DNA from: a virus
Virus record (IMG/VR): IMGVR_UViG_3300028198_000279
Coordinates: 1 to 35,108 of that record
Length of the DNA stretch: 35,108 nt
Strand: one strand, 5' to 3'
The position numbers and the translations under genes are program-made. Under the pieces are notes generated by a model that saw only the letters and a program-made list of their open reading frames with translations, ran no database searches and was not told where the DNA came from. Position 1 is the first letter of the stretch, and every line of letters begins with the position of its first letter. This document shows, piece by piece, positions 7,782 through 16,659 of the stretch.

Positions 7782-10700
7782 TTAAAAGTTCACCAATCCC
7801 AAAATCTGGTTAATCGGAGCAAAACTTCCTGTAAACTTATAAGTATTACCTTTATACTTAAATACTATTCCTTCTGATGGAACTATTGAAGATAGTCCAC
7901 CAATTGCTTCTAATTTTTCAAGTTGGTGTTTTAACGTAGCCAACTTTTTAACATCTTTACCTCGTTTTACCTGTTTTATTGCCGCAATTACATCTCTTCT
8001 TATCTTTTGTACCGTACTATCTCCCGAAACTGCTAAATATCCACTAATATTCTTCAATATTTGTGCACCTACATCAAAAAATAAAACTTCAAAGGGTTTC
8101 ATATTCTGTTTTACCGTTTCTTGATGGTCATTCTTATCAAATGATAATACCCAGTCTAAAAAATCAGGAAATTTCTTCAAATCTTTTTTAATCGTTGGTA
8201 TCTTATATGACTTATCAAAAAACGCCCATCTTTTAGTTAAATTAATCAAAACTTTATTCGATATTTTTGCACTATGTTGTTTTGTTGCGTTAAAGATAAA
8301 TTCTTCCCAAAATGATTGATGATACATAGATAAAGTATCATTATCTTTTAATGCATATTCTTTTTGTAATTTATTTAATCTACTGATAAACCCAGCCTTC
8401 TTTTTTCCAAAATCTTGTACTTTAGATACTGTTAAAAATTGAGGTTTACCAATTTTATAATGTTTTTGTACGTGTTGATTAACTTGTTTAATCATACCTG
8501 CCAACATTCGTCCAGAACCTTTAAGTTCTCCAATTGCCTTCCCGCTATCATCATATTCTAATGCTCCGTGAAATACAATCTCTGCTTTATCATAATTGAT
8601 TACATTTGATGATGCTGGATACATGACTTCAAGATTCATCCAATTCTTACCATTACCAAAAATCTTTTCTTTTTGTGCATCGGATAATCTACCGATAGAT
8701 TTTCCCAAATCTTTCATTGCAAATACAAAGGCATCTCTAATATCACCTCTACCTGCAAACTTAGATGCTACTCCACTCGTATCCATCGAATTTGCTCCAA
8801 AATTCTTTAGTTGACCTTTATTTCTGGCCGTGACTAATTTTCCATCTTTCCAACTAACCATTAAATTTTGACCATCAAGTTTCTCTGTAACATTATCTTC
8901 ACGACTAAGATTTCCACCCAATCCTAAAGTAATAATGTTTTTTAAATCACCAAATGTCAAATTTTTATCATCAAAGGGATGATTCATGTGTCCATAGGCT
9001 CCACCCATTAATAATAACTCCTTTCCATTATCTTGTTTATCTGTAACTAATAAATTTACATATTCTTTTAAATCAAAAATATTATCACTATGAAATTTAT
9101 CCATTGGTGATAATTTAAGCTTTTTTGCTCTTTTTGTATTTTGTCCAACTGAGTCTATATCAACTCCGGCCGATACGGGTGCCTCAACTGCCACTCCTGT
9201 ATAATCTTTACCATCGGGAGTAATTCCGTTCCAATTAAGAACTTCCCAACCCAAACTACTCATTATAAATTTTATTCTATCTTTATATGCCTCTATTGGA
9301 TTTGTCTTACCAAATCTTTCACCGTAGGCTCCAGCTCCTTTTTTACCATATGCCACTGCCGGAACTATGTTTTTTGAAGTTGTATAATCAAGTCCTGGAT
9401 CTTTTGCAGAATCACTTATAATATAACTCAATAAATCCCAACCCGTATCATTGATTTGTTCATGAGAATACATATTTTCAATCCAAGACTTTGTAACTCG
9501 TTTGTAATCCTCAAATCCATCATAAAATGTTGGTGGGCCGTCATCCGTAGGAAACATACCACTATTAGCAACTTCTTTTAATAATTTTGGTATAATATTT
9601 GGATTATTAACTAAAAACCCATCATATACTTCAAATAATTTTTTAAATTTATTAGTCATCATTTGGAATACCCCTTTATCAAAGTATCCGAATGCCTTTT
9701 TAAATAATTTTTCTCTATTCTTTTCAAATTCAGGTGAACCAAGTAGTTGTCTTATAGTAGTTCCACTTACTTCCTTTCCACCAACTCTAACTGAAACGTG
9801 TGGTGCTGTATGAATGTATCCGTGTTCCTCGTATCCACTCATGTTATTTTTATTCTTTTTATAATCTTGATAATAAGTTTTTCCACCACTTTTCTTTGTT
9901 CCACCCGTTAATCTATCGGCGTCCTTTTCACCAAATATGTAAATTACTGCAGTTGTTTCTTCATCAAATTTATTTAATGTGTTTTTAGCAACATAAGGTG
10001 TTCTTTCTTTTATAATACGATTAGATGGTATACCCATTTTTTTCATATGACGAACTTTTTCCTTAAAGTTCATTGGATGTCTTGGTGGTTGTTTTATATC
10101 AGATGTAGTGATATATGCTACATCAACTTGTTTTTCTAACCATTTATAGGTTTTCAAATGGTGGGGCCCAAACGGTTGAAACCGTCCACCGTATACACCT
10201 ACGACTTTTTTAATTTTTGATTTTTCTTCTATCACATTAGTTGTGGCTTCACTTTTCTCACTAATGGAATATACAACATTTTTAGTATATAAGTCAAGCG
10301 TTTTATTAAGTTTTTCAACAGTCACTCCAGTATCTTTAATTGCACTTTTCTTCTCTGCCTTATCTGTAGTAACGTATGTGTCGTATTTATCACCTGGAGA
10401 ATGTTCATATTGACGAACTTTTAATTTAATTTTTGATTCATAATCGCTTGGTAAAGTATTCTCAATTCCTAAAAATTTAACCGCTCCTGGTATCAAATAT
10501 AAAGTCACTTCTTTTTTATTTAAATTCATCATTAACTGACTTGATGTCCAGAGTTTATTTTGTGCCCTAACTAAATCATATTTGGGGCCTTCATTTTGTT
10601 TATGATTATAAAACGATGGAAATACCTTCTTGTAATCTTTTTCTTTAGTTAATATCTCTAAAGAATTATTCAATCTCACTACAGAAGAATGTCTATCTGT

Positions 10701-12563
10701 TCCACTAGTATATCCTTGTTCTGGATGATAAATCCCGTGATTTGACTTAACTACTGGTTGTTTTAAATCTTGTATTTTCACATAAGGACTAACTCTACTT
10801 GTATTTTCTATTTCAACTAATTTATTTCCATCACTAATTAATGTATGTCCCTTAATACCACCATGATATGTTATAAGTGATTCAACTGCATCTTTTAAAG
10901 TCGTTTTAGAAAGTGCCTCTCTGATTCTTACACCATCTTTAGACATAGCCTTCTTTTTCTTTGCTTTATCAAAATCTTTCTCATCTCGTTTTACAAATAG
11001 TGCTGAATTTACAATTCCTATTCCATGAGAATTCATTCCTTCTGACCAATCTGTATCTTGGTCTATCATATAACATAACTCCACACCATAACCAGTTAGT
11101 TCCCTAACTACTTTTAGATTTGGATTATAATTTCTATCTCGGTTTTTACCTATTACAATATCATCACCAAATTTTTTGGCTATTGCAATACATTCATCTA
11201 CTTTACGATATTCATCATCTTTTCGTTGTTTATCTAATTGTTTTTTTACTTTATTAACTTTCTTTACACTTGGTGCACCACCAATAGATTCTTTTCTAAA
11301 AGTTCCAAATTTTGGTTGACCTGATTTTTTTGTTCTTTTTCCACGACTAACTAAATTTTCATCATCTGGTGAATTAACGGGTGTGGGTGCCTGATTATCA
11401 AGATAATTTGGTGGATTTAACATCTCGGTTGTAATCTTTTGTTTATCTAACCACTTTTTAGCCTGTTTACTTTTTATTGGTTTTTTAATAAATTTACTAA
11501 TTCCCTTTCTAACCAACATATTGAATTTTCTCTGTGCTTGTTTTGGATTCAAGGTAGCATTATTATCTACTAACATAAAGTTAGACCCACCAAATAATCC
11601 TTGAAAGTATGCCATATTTTTTTGAACATTATTCCAATACTTTTCTACAAGTTCAGATGGTAAAACTCTATCTCTTAATTTATTTCTCATTTGTGCAACT
11701 TCTAATGAAGTATTAACAAATACCATATAGGTATCATAACCTAAATCAATCAATTTTTGTCGTTCTTTTTTTACATCTGAAAATTTATGACCAGTACCAT
11801 CAATAATAACACCAAGTCTACCTTTTGAATATAACTTTAATCTTTGTTTACTCAATGCTTTAGCGTGTGTTCTCACTCCCATATGTGCACTATAACTTGG
11901 GTCTGTAATCTGTCTAAATAAATCATTTGACATATTATCTAAATCTGTTGTACCAAAATACTTTTTCAAAAACATTTCTAATTCTGTATCTTGATTAACA
12001 AGTTTTAATCCGTATGCTGAAGTGGTTAATTTATCGGGTATTCCAAACAATCCACCAGCAACATATGACTTTCCACTACCTGGCCCACCTGCAAGAAATA
12101 CTGCTTTGAATATTCCTGGATCATTTTTTCCTTCAAATAAATCATCTGCTTTCCAAATATCTTTTGGGTCTTGTGCCATATCTAAAACTTGTATTCGAGC
12201 TTTCGTAACTCCGTGTTTCTTAGTTAATATTTTTATTATCTTTTTAGCTTCGGAATGTGATTTAGCCTTTGTATAAAGTATATCTTCGTGTTTCTTACCT
12301 GGAGGAATACCCCAAATTACAAATTCTTTTTTACTTTCATCTATAGTATCTTCGTCAAATATATTAACTGTTTTATGTATTCTGAATGTGGCAGCTTTTC
12401 TACCATTGATAGTTGGCATGCCGTGGTCATCTTTACCAATATCTTTGATTTTCATTTTCTTGTTTTTAAATTTACCAACAAGAATAGTATCACCAATATT
12501 AACTGGTATATTTATATCTTCTTCTATCAGGGGTTTAGTTAACCATTCAGTTAATTTATTCAC
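7782..12563 (-). CDS. 1593-aa multidomain protein: P-loop kinase + Ntn hydrolase + HIGH-type nucleotidyltransferase + KxDG ligase-like domain
   Basis: GGPGSGKS at 12066-12089; DE|CIAIAK...KNRDR...EGMN at 11190 onward; GGRFQPFGPHH at 10158-10190; EKLDG at 8871-8885 and EGIV...K near 7863-7874. GTG start. Confidence 0.85.
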   Translation of the reverse strand: MNKLTEWLTKPLIEEDINIPVNIGDTILVGKFKNKKMKIKDIGKDDHGMPTINGRKAATFRIHKTVNIFDEDTIDESKKEFVIWGIPPGKKHEDILYTKAKSHSEAKKIIKILTKKHGVTKARIQVLDMAQDPKDIWKADDLFEGKNDPGIFKAVFLAGGPGSGKSYVAGGLFGIPDKLTTSAYGLKLVNQDTELEMFLKKYFGTTDLDNMSNDLFRQITDPSYSAHMGVRTHAKALSKQRLKLYSKGRLGVIIDGTGHKFSDVKKERQKLIDLGYDTYMVFVNTSLEVAQMRNKLRDRVLPSELVEKYWNNVQKNMAYFQGLFGGSNFMLVDNNATLNPKQAQRKFNMLVRKGISKFIKKPIKSKQAKKWLDKQKITTEMLNPPNYLDNQAPTPVNSPDDENLVSRGKRTKKSGQPKFGTFRKESIGGAPSVKKVNKVKKQLDKQRKDDEYRKVDECIAIAKKFGDDIVIGKNRDRNYNPNLKVVRELTGYGVELCYMIDQDTDWSEGMNSHGIGIVNSALFVKRDEKDFDKAKKKKAMSKDGVRIREALSKTTLKDAVESLITYHGGIKGHTLISDGNKLVEIENTSRVSPYVKIQDLKQPVVKSNHGIYHPEQGYTSGTDRHSSVVRLNNSLEILTKEKDYKKVFPSFYNHKQNEGPKYDLVRAQNKLWTSSQLMMNLNKKEVTLYLIPGAVKFLGIENTLPSDYESKIKLKVRQYEHSPGDKYDTYVTTDKAEKKSAIKDTGVTVEKLNKTLDLYTKNVVYSISEKSEATTNVIEEKSKIKKVVGVYGGRFQPFGPHHLKTYKWLEKQVDVAYITTSDIKQPPRHPMNFKEKVRHMKKMGIPSNRIIKERTPYVAKNTLNKFDEETTAVIYIFGEKDADRLTGGTKKSGGKTYYQDYKKNKNNMSGYEEHGYIHTAPHVSVRVGGKEVSGTTIRQLLGSPEFEKNREKLFKKAFGYFDKGVFQMMTNKFKKLFEVYDGFLVNNPNIIPKLLKEVANSGMFPTDDGPPTFYDGFEDYKRVTKSWIENMYSHEQINDTGWDLLSYIISDSAKDPGLDYTTSKNIVPAVAYGKKGAGAYGERFGKTNPIEAYKDRIKFIMSSLGWEVLNWNGITPDGKDYTGVAVEAPVSAGVDIDSVGQNTKRAKKLKLSPMDKFHSDNIFDLKEYVNLLVTDKQDNGKELLLMGGAYGHMNHPFDDKNLTFGDLKNIITLGLGGNLSREDNVTEKLDGQNLMVSWKDGKLVTARNKGQLKNFGANSMDTSGVASKFAGRGDIRDAFVFAMKDLGKSIGRLSDAQKEKIFGNGKNWMNLEVMYPASSNVINYDKAEIVFHGALEYDDSGKAIGELKGSGRMLAGMIKQVNQHVQKHYKIGKPQFLTVSKVQDFGKKKAGFISRLNKLQKEYALKDNDTLSMYHQSFWEEFIFNATKQHSAKISNKVLINLTKRWAFFDKSYKIPTIKKDLKKFPDFLDWVLSFDKNDHQETVKQNMKPFEVLFFDVGAQILKNISGYLAVSGDSTVQKIRRDVIAAIKQVKRGKDVKKLATLKHQLEKLEAIGGLSSIVPSEGIVFKYKGNTYKFTGSFAPINQILGLVNF

Positions 12564-12580
12564 TTGTATTTTCCGTTAAG

Positions 12581-13078
12581 TTATACTGAAAGTGCTCTCT
12601 TATACCATCCAAATATAAATCTCTCTTGTTCTGGTTTTCTATTCACTAAATCATAATAGTGTTTTAGACGATAACAACGAACTCTATCTACAGATGGATT
12701 ATATTTTGACAATGCTGCCTTAGTACCTGGCCCAAATCCTCCATCGACTGATATTTTACCACCCTTACCATTGATTGCACTTTGTAAAATCTTTACTGCT
12801 GTTCTTCTACCTTGATTTACACACATATCAAAATAAATATGTTTTAAATTATCAGATACATCATCTATTTTATTCTTATCCCAATAATCTTTTTTATAGA
12901 TTTCTTTAGCACCTTCTTTAGTAAGGTTCTTGATATCTACATCAGGATAAAATCTCTTTGCTATACCAAAATTGGTTTCGCCCCCTAAATCACTCGGATC
13001 GTGAACATATCCACCCTCGTGTTCTAAAGTTAAATCAATTATTTCATCAAATGTAGTTAGTGTTTCATTATTTGCCAT
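12581..13078 (-). CDS. Glycoside hydrolase family 108 lysozyme with C-terminal peptidoglycan-binding region (probable endolysin)
   Basis: HEGGYVHDPSDLGGETNFGI (EGGY at 13007-13018), FDMCVNQG and DGGFGPGT. A GGAGG SD precedes the ATG at 13078, so the track's 13132 start is probably too long. Confidence 0.92.
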   Translation of the reverse strand: MANNETLTTFDEIIDLTLEHEGGYVHDPSDLGGETNFGIAKRFYPDVDIKNLTKEGAKEIYKKDYWDKNKIDDVSDNLKHIYFDMCVNQGRRTAVKILQSAINGKGGKISVDGGFGPGTKAALSKYNPSVDRVRCYRLKHYYDLVNRKPEQERFIFGWYKRALSV

Positions 13079-13097
13079 AAATAACCTCCGTATTAAA

Positions 13098-13331
13098 TTA
13101 AATAGCTTTTTTAATATGTTTAGATTTTCCATTCGTTAATTTTTCTTCTTGTTTTAATTTTACATCAGGTTTCCCTGTCAATTTATATCCAAGAACTTCT
13201 GCATTACTCATTCGAACCTTTTCAAATTCAGCTCTGTCCTTCTCATTCAACTCTCCACCAAACCCCTCATGTATCACTCGTTCAAGTTCTTCACCAATCA
13301 TTCTATGTATAGCTGCTTTTGTTATTTTCAT
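13098..13331 (-). CDS. Small hypothetical protein with MKITK... leader (candidate internal head protein)
   Basis: MKITKAAIHRMIGEELERVIHE leader. Confidence 0.7.
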   Translation of the reverse strand: MKITKAAIHRMIGEELERVIHEGFGGELNEKDRAEFEKVRMSNAEVLGYKLTGKPDVKLKQEEKLTNGKSKHIKKAI

Positions 13332-13332
13332 T

Positions 13333-13572
13333 TTAATCCCACCCTGAATGATTTTTTTCTAAGTGTCTATAAATCATAGTAACTATTTTTTTGAGAGTCT
13401 GTGCATGTTTTTTTAATTTTGCATCTTTTCTAGTATCAGTATTTCTTCCAACAAACCACTCAAAATTTTCAACTGCATCACCAAGTTCATAATATGCACT
13501 TTTAAGATTCATTTGTTCCTTTAACAATTCTTCTCTAATGATTTCTCTTAGTTGTGTTTTAGTTATTTTCAT
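13333..13572 (-). CDS. Small hypothetical protein with MKITK... leader (candidate internal head protein)
   Basis: MKITKTQLREIIREELLKE leader; ATGA overlap with the 728-aa ORF. Confidence 0.7.
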   Translation of the reverse strand: MKITKTQLREIIREELLKEQMNLKSAYYELGDAVENFEWFVGRNTDTRKDAKLKKHAQTLKKIVTMIYRHLEKNHSGWD

Positions 13573-15755
13573 TTTACTTTATTTCCTAACAATTTTACCC
13601 ATTCGTCATATTTTAATGAGACTGAACCTGTCCTTATGTTTCCATAATTAATGTTATCCATATCTCTAGCTCTACCACCACCGATTACTTTCAATGCCCT
13701 TTTTCTAAAATCATTTGGTATTACATCTTTTCCGGATCTTGCTACTCTTACGTCAATCCAGGGATTGTGGTTTGCCTGTTTTATAACTCTAACCTTTACA
13801 GGTATTTTAAGAAGTCTTCTCATATATGGTTTTAATTTTCTTGCGTATTTCGGATATTCTGACCATTCTTCTTTTGAAATTTTTTCATTTACGGATTCTT
13901 TAAGTGGTTTTCCATTTCTCAAAACCCTCTTAATAAATTTTACTCTTATTTGACTATCAAAATTTGATTTAGATAATTTTGCATCAGATGCAAACATTCC
14001 ACCAGTTGCTTTCTTTTTAGCAACTAAACCCATATGAATATTTTTACCATCATTTTTCGCAACATAATACTGAGCATAACCATAATCTATGGTATCTTTT
14101 GGTTGAATACTATCAAATTTTACGGCTTCATTTACGGATTCGTCAATCGGAGTCATATATCCACCAATCTTTTTCTTCTTTATCATAGTCATTGGTATGG
14201 TGTATCTCCAATTATCATTTGGATTATAAACTTTCATTCCTTTAGAGTCTATACTCACTACTTTAACGGTGTCTTTCCATTTTCCATAATTAAGTAAATA
14301 CCATTTCCCTACTTCTACATATCCACCTTTACTATGTGCTATTTTTGCTTCATTTACTGATTCCATTACACCAAATGCAATATCACCAACAACTCTATCT
14401 GGTTTAGATACATTTTTCTTATTTAAAATACCATATCTTTTACCATTCAACTTAAATGTATATCGTGGTAATCCCATACTTGTTTGGAAATCAGATTTAA
14501 TTCTAACCTTTTTTAACGCTCTACCAACATCCATAAAGTTTTTTGCAGATTTCACTATTTTTTCTATTGTGTCTAATTCTTTTGATTCATTTACTGATTC
14601 TTTTAACTTAACAATCTTATAATTTCCTCTGAATTGCCAATCCAATCCATTTAATTGATTTTTTGCGTCCTTTTCAGATTTAAATTGTAATGCGTCTTTT
14701 ACTTTTTTAACATCTCTGGATTTATTACTTAAATATCTATTTTTATCCTTCTTATATTGAATTACATATTTTAAGTTTCCTTCATTTACGGATTCATTTG
14801 CGTTTCGAAGTGCCACTTTTACTGTAGAATTTAAAGATAAACCTTTTTTAATTTTTTCAATTTTCTTAACAGCCCCTGTCATATTACCACTCATCTTTTT
14901 AGCTATATCTACTGCTTTCTTAATTAATATAGTAGAAACTCCTTCTTTCACAGATTCAAGTGATAACCATCCTTTTTTATTAGCTAAATCCCAAGTTTTT
15001 GGTGTAAAATGTTCTTTTCTATTACCTGGTGCAGCAAACATATAACTTGTTCCCCCAACACGACCAGTTTTAACACTTTTCAAAGTATATACTCTACGAG
15101 GGTCACTCTTAAATCTTACTTTCATTTTATTAATATCTTTTTTTTGTGGGCGAAGTGTTGTTTTGAATGAACCTTCATTTGCCGTTTCTTTTTTCAAACG
15201 ACTTTTTTCTGCTCTACCTCTATTTGTAGATTCTTTTTCAAATCCCATAATTTTTCCTCCCTTATGTGATGCGTCCTTACCATCACCATTACCGTAAGTT
15301 CCTTTTTTTCTGTTATACTGATTTAATTCTGCTCTATATTTTTTTGCTTTCGGAGATGAACCATATTTCTTGTATTCTGCTTTATAATCTCGTTCTTCTT
15401 TTATACCAAGAACTTTAGTTAAATTTAACAATACATCTATTATTTCATCAGATCTAAAACCATCAAGTTTACGATGAAATGGTTTAATCTTTGGATGATT
15501 GTAAACTTTCATTATTGTTTTAGCTGTTTTACCGTTCAAACGCATACCATCAACTTCACCATACTTGTTAGCTTTAGCCAATTTTTCAATTTTTTGAATT
15601 GGTGTCATTTTCTTTAGTTCATTTACGGATTTTATTTCTTGTCTTATAACACGGCGTAACTTTTCCCTTATAGCTTCTTCCTTTGCCCATTTCTTAGCCA
15701 TTTCTGGATCGTTTGCGTACATCCATTTTCTCTGTTTATCTGATTTGAAGGGCAT
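13569..15755 (-). CDS. 728-aa modular, highly basic protein with repeated ESVNE-type linkers (putative polyprotein of internal head proteins)
   Basis: In-frame linkers end at Glu 46, 121, 194, 271, 325, 390, 469, 543 and 624 (KSVNE, IKEE, ETANE, ESVKE and five ESVNE). The intervening modules are not similar to each other. Confidence 0.8.
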   Translation of the reverse strand: MPFKSDKQRKWMYANDPEMAKKWAKEEAIREKLRRVIRQEIKSVNELKKMTPIQKIEKLAKANKYGEVDGMRLNGKTAKTIMKVYNHPKIKPFHRKLDGFRSDEIIDVLLNLTKVLGIKEERDYKAEYKKYGSSPKAKKYRAELNQYNRKKGTYGNGDGKDASHKGGKIMGFEKESTNRGRAEKSRLKKETANEGSFKTTLRPQKKDINKMKVRFKSDPRRVYTLKSVKTGRVGGTSYMFAAPGNRKEHFTPKTWDLANKKGWLSLESVKEGVSTILIKKAVDIAKKMSGNMTGAVKKIEKIKKGLSLNSTVKVALRNANESVNEGNLKYVIQYKKDKNRYLSNKSRDVKKVKDALQFKSEKDAKNQLNGLDWQFRGNYKIVKLKESVNESKELDTIEKIVKSAKNFMDVGRALKKVRIKSDFQTSMGLPRYTFKLNGKRYGILNKKNVSKPDRVVGDIAFGVMESVNEAKIAHSKGGYVEVGKWYLLNYGKWKDTVKVVSIDSKGMKVYNPNDNWRYTIPMTMIKKKKIGGYMTPIDESVNEAVKFDSIQPKDTIDYGYAQYYVAKNDGKNIHMGLVAKKKATGGMFASDAKLSKSNFDSQIRVKFIKRVLRNGKPLKESVNEKISKEEWSEYPKYARKLKPYMRRLLKIPVKVRVIKQANHNPWIDVRVARSGKDVIPNDFRKRALKVIGGGRARDMDNINYGNIRTGSVSLKYDEWVKLLGNKVK

Positions 15756-15760
15756 TTTAA

Positions 15761-16048
15761 TTAAAATGCTCTCTCTATAGAATCATAATCACTAAATTTC
15801 TTTTTAGCATATGCGAATAATTTTTTGTCTAATGCGTTTCGAGCAATATTTGTTTCATTTGCTCGTCTTAAATAATCTTGAACTATATTAAGTCCTTTAT
15901 ATGCTTGTTCTAATTTTTTATCTACTTCTTTTGCCAAAATTATTCTAGCTTCTGTATGATTATTTACATCAGTAAGTCGCTCTATTTTATTAATAAGAGC
16001 TCCACCAAGTTCTTTCTTTTCTGTTAATATTTCTTTTAATTTTATCAT
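15761..16048 (-). CDS. Small hypothetical protein with MIKLKEILTE leader (candidate internal head protein)
   Basis: The leader shares ATGATAAAATTAAAAGAA with the next two ORFs; TAATG overlap. Confidence 0.72.
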   Translation of the reverse strand: MIKLKEILTEKKELGGALINKIERLTDVNNHTEARIILAKEVDKKLEQAYKGLNIVQDYLRRANETNIARNALDKKLFAYAKKKFSDYDSIERAF

Positions 16049-16326
16049 TATTTAAATTCCTTATATCCCATTTTACTTAACATACTATGTAAACCTACCA
16101 TAAAAGTAGTTAAGGCCTTATCTGTATCTGCCATTTTCTCATACTTTTTCACGAGATTACCTACATCAGTTCCAATTTTTCCTAACTTTTTATATAATTC
16201 AGCATCTGGATTTCTTTCATTTATAGTAGCCTCATGTTTCTTAGTAGAGGATTCTAATGTTGGTAAAGGTTCTCCAAATTTTCTTTTCCAAGAGTGTTCT
16301 TTTATTAATTCTTTTAATTTTATCAT
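16048..16326 (-). CDS. Small hypothetical protein with MIKLKELIKE leader (candidate internal head protein)
   Basis: AGGAG SD. The first 31 aa nearly duplicate those of the 16331 ORF, then diverge after ...TINE. Confidence 0.75.
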   Translation of the reverse strand: MIKLKELIKEHSWKRKFGEPLPTLESSTKKHEATINERNPDAELYKKLGKIGTDVGNLVKKYEKMADTDKALTTFMVGLHSMLSKMGYKEFK

Positions 16327-16659
16327 TACTTTAACTCCTATTTTCCATTGGATGACTTTTCATATATTTAACGAATTGTCTTGCACCATCAATATATCCT
16401 AATAATTCTTTTTTATCAACTCCCTTAAAAAATCCACTTTTTAATGCAACATTTAAAATAGCCTTTGTATTTTTATTTTTATTTCTCATTACTATACCCT
16501 GTAATACATCGGCTTGGTCGGAAGATAATATACCCATACCACCCTCATTTACTTTTTTAACTTTATGCTTTTCAGTAGAGGTTTCTAATGTTGGTAAAGG
16601 TTCTCCAAATTTTCTTTTCCATGCGTGTTCTTTTATTAATTCTTTTAATTTTATCATTA
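16234..16659 (-). repeat. 95-bp direct repeat (16234-16328 and 16565-16659)
   Basis: Manual alignment shows 6 mismatches in 95 nt. It encodes MIKLKELIKEH(S/A)WKRKFGEPLPTLE(S/T)ST(K/E)KH. Confidence 0.95.
16331..16657 (-). CDS. Small hypothetical protein with MIKLKELIKE leader (candidate internal head protein)
   Basis: The ATG at 16657 has a GGAG SD and a TAATG overlap with the upstream stop, so it is preferred over the track's 16675. The unique C-terminal module follows ...KVNE. Confidence 0.75.
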   Translation of the reverse strand: MIKLKELIKEHAWKRKFGEPLPTLETSTEKHKVKKVNEGGMGILSSDQADVLQGIVMRNKNKNTKAILNVALKSGFFKGVDKKELLGYIDGARQFVKYMKSHPMENRS

